Of a stretch of DNA of 64,000 bases, positions 62,802 to 64,000 are shown in pieces (position 1 is the stretch's first letter; each line of letters begins with the position of its first letter). The DNA lies in NCBI GenBank assembly GCA_013115125.1, contig JABANN010000110.1:1-64000 (forward strand), in the 5' to 3' direction. The notes under the pieces were generated by a model. It saw nothing but the letters and a program-made list of their open reading frames with translations. It was not told the origin of the DNA and made no database searches. The translations under genes were made by a program, and so were the position numbers. The DNA comes from Perkinsus olseni. Its lineage: Eukaryota.

Positions 62802-64000
62802 ATGGCATCCGATTTAAGCATCGGTCGCGTCGTATGCGCTGAACCCTCGGGGAGCGTTGAACTGCTTGACAACTAGCATCGCCGAAAAACGCTATTACAA
62901 GCATCACAGGGTGGAACTTCACTACTATCCTGTTGAGGGTGAGCCTTGGCAACCAAGCCGTTCAGACGTCTGCTTAGCCGTTGACCGAACAACTCACTTT
63001 CTTTGCTGTTTCTTCTATTGGGCGAAATTACCTCTCAACGACAGTCGAGTGAAGTATTCCGGAGGAGATGCCGCGGATGTCGCACGCGTGGTGCCATTTT
63101 CCGCCAACCCATATCATGCGTCGATCAACAACTTTCGTTCTGCGTCTTTTCCACCTGAGGAGAGTTGCAGCGCGAGGATCGTGTCAATCACGCGCGTCCG
63201 CCTGCGTGTATTCGCGATGATTGTGTTTTCCGACGCGGCTGTGGTGAGCATCGGTCTTCTAGGCTGTCGGAATCCTTGATCCGCTCAGACGGGTTCCACC
63301 TCTCTCGGCAAACTACTCCGGCGGTCGTGACTTTTCTCCCCAACTACCCTTGGGAAACGAGTATCACTTTCCTTGCAGGTCGCGCCTGGTACTCGGGGTT
63401 ACTGCACCGTCGGCACAATGACTGCTGAGGACTTGGCTGTGCTGAGGGATGTTGCAACCCAGGTGGACAGAGCCGAAAGAGGTCGGATGGGTGGGGATTT
63501 GTGTCACGGCGAAACATTAAACGATCCCGTACATTTGCCCAGTGTGGCGATAGGTGTAGCAGCAGCGCCATCGCTTAGAGGACGTCGTGATTTGGTCGTG
63601 ATGTGAATCGAGTTACGCATTGACAAAACCTCCTCGGTCTTCATTCACTGACATGCAAGGAATCTTCGCTGTGCGCATCGATCAGCCTGTGCATATGGAT
63701 ACGCTCCTCTCCGTATCAGATAGCATGTTGCGAGAAGGTCGTCGTTATGTAAGCTTGAAGACCGCGGAGATCCGGAATGTGGTGGCCATAGCCAGTGACG
63801 GTCCAGCCGCACATCCTCGGAAGCTGAGAAGCTCCATGGGGGTTTCTAATGTGGTGCCCCTCCCAGCACCATCATCATCTCTCACTCAACCTCACATACT
63901 CATCGGTGGAAAGACTACTATGATACCGGTAGTTAGGGAGCGCTCGCCCAGCTGATCGATTGTGTTGTCATTGCTTATAGAAGACGATGGATCGAGGAGA
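62802..64000 (+). CDS. Hypothetical multi-exon gene, probably running off the window
   Basis: ATG62802 followed by a chain of short GT-AG-bounded open segments; no family recognised. Confidence 0.3.

Overview
Gene-dense, intron-rich eukaryotic (alveolate) DNA, most likely Perkinsus or a close perkinsid, judged by a near-exact Perkinsus-type spliced-leader 22-mer at 24-45, short GT-AG introns and alveolate-type genes. Recognisable genes: Na+/Ca2+ exchanger-family transporter, CW-zinc-finger protein, MYCBP homologue, ATP-grasp-like protein, TRM11, a large secreted Kelch-like protein, a PPIE/Cyp33-type RRM protein, Vps23/TSG101, orotate phosphoribosyltransferase, a cytochrome P450, katanin p80, an FHA-RINGv-FHA protein, tRNA-Glu(UUC) and two identical tRNA-Trp(CCA). 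The standout is an apparently intronless gene (3258-7750, minus strand, two assembly gaps). It fuses an Osm1/flavocytochrome-c-type fumarate reductase flavoprotein, at least seven cytochrome b5 domains and a bacterial-type four-His cytochrome b558 (SdhC/FrdC-like) membrane anchor. This looks like a single-chain quinol:fumarate oxidoreductase in which a b5 heme wire replaces the Fe-S subunit. A flavin-less paralog lies about 4 kb away, next to a MoeA-DUF1244-MogA molybdenum-cofactor fusion. All domain calls come from motif recognition by eye; exon boundaries of multi-exon genes are partly approximate.
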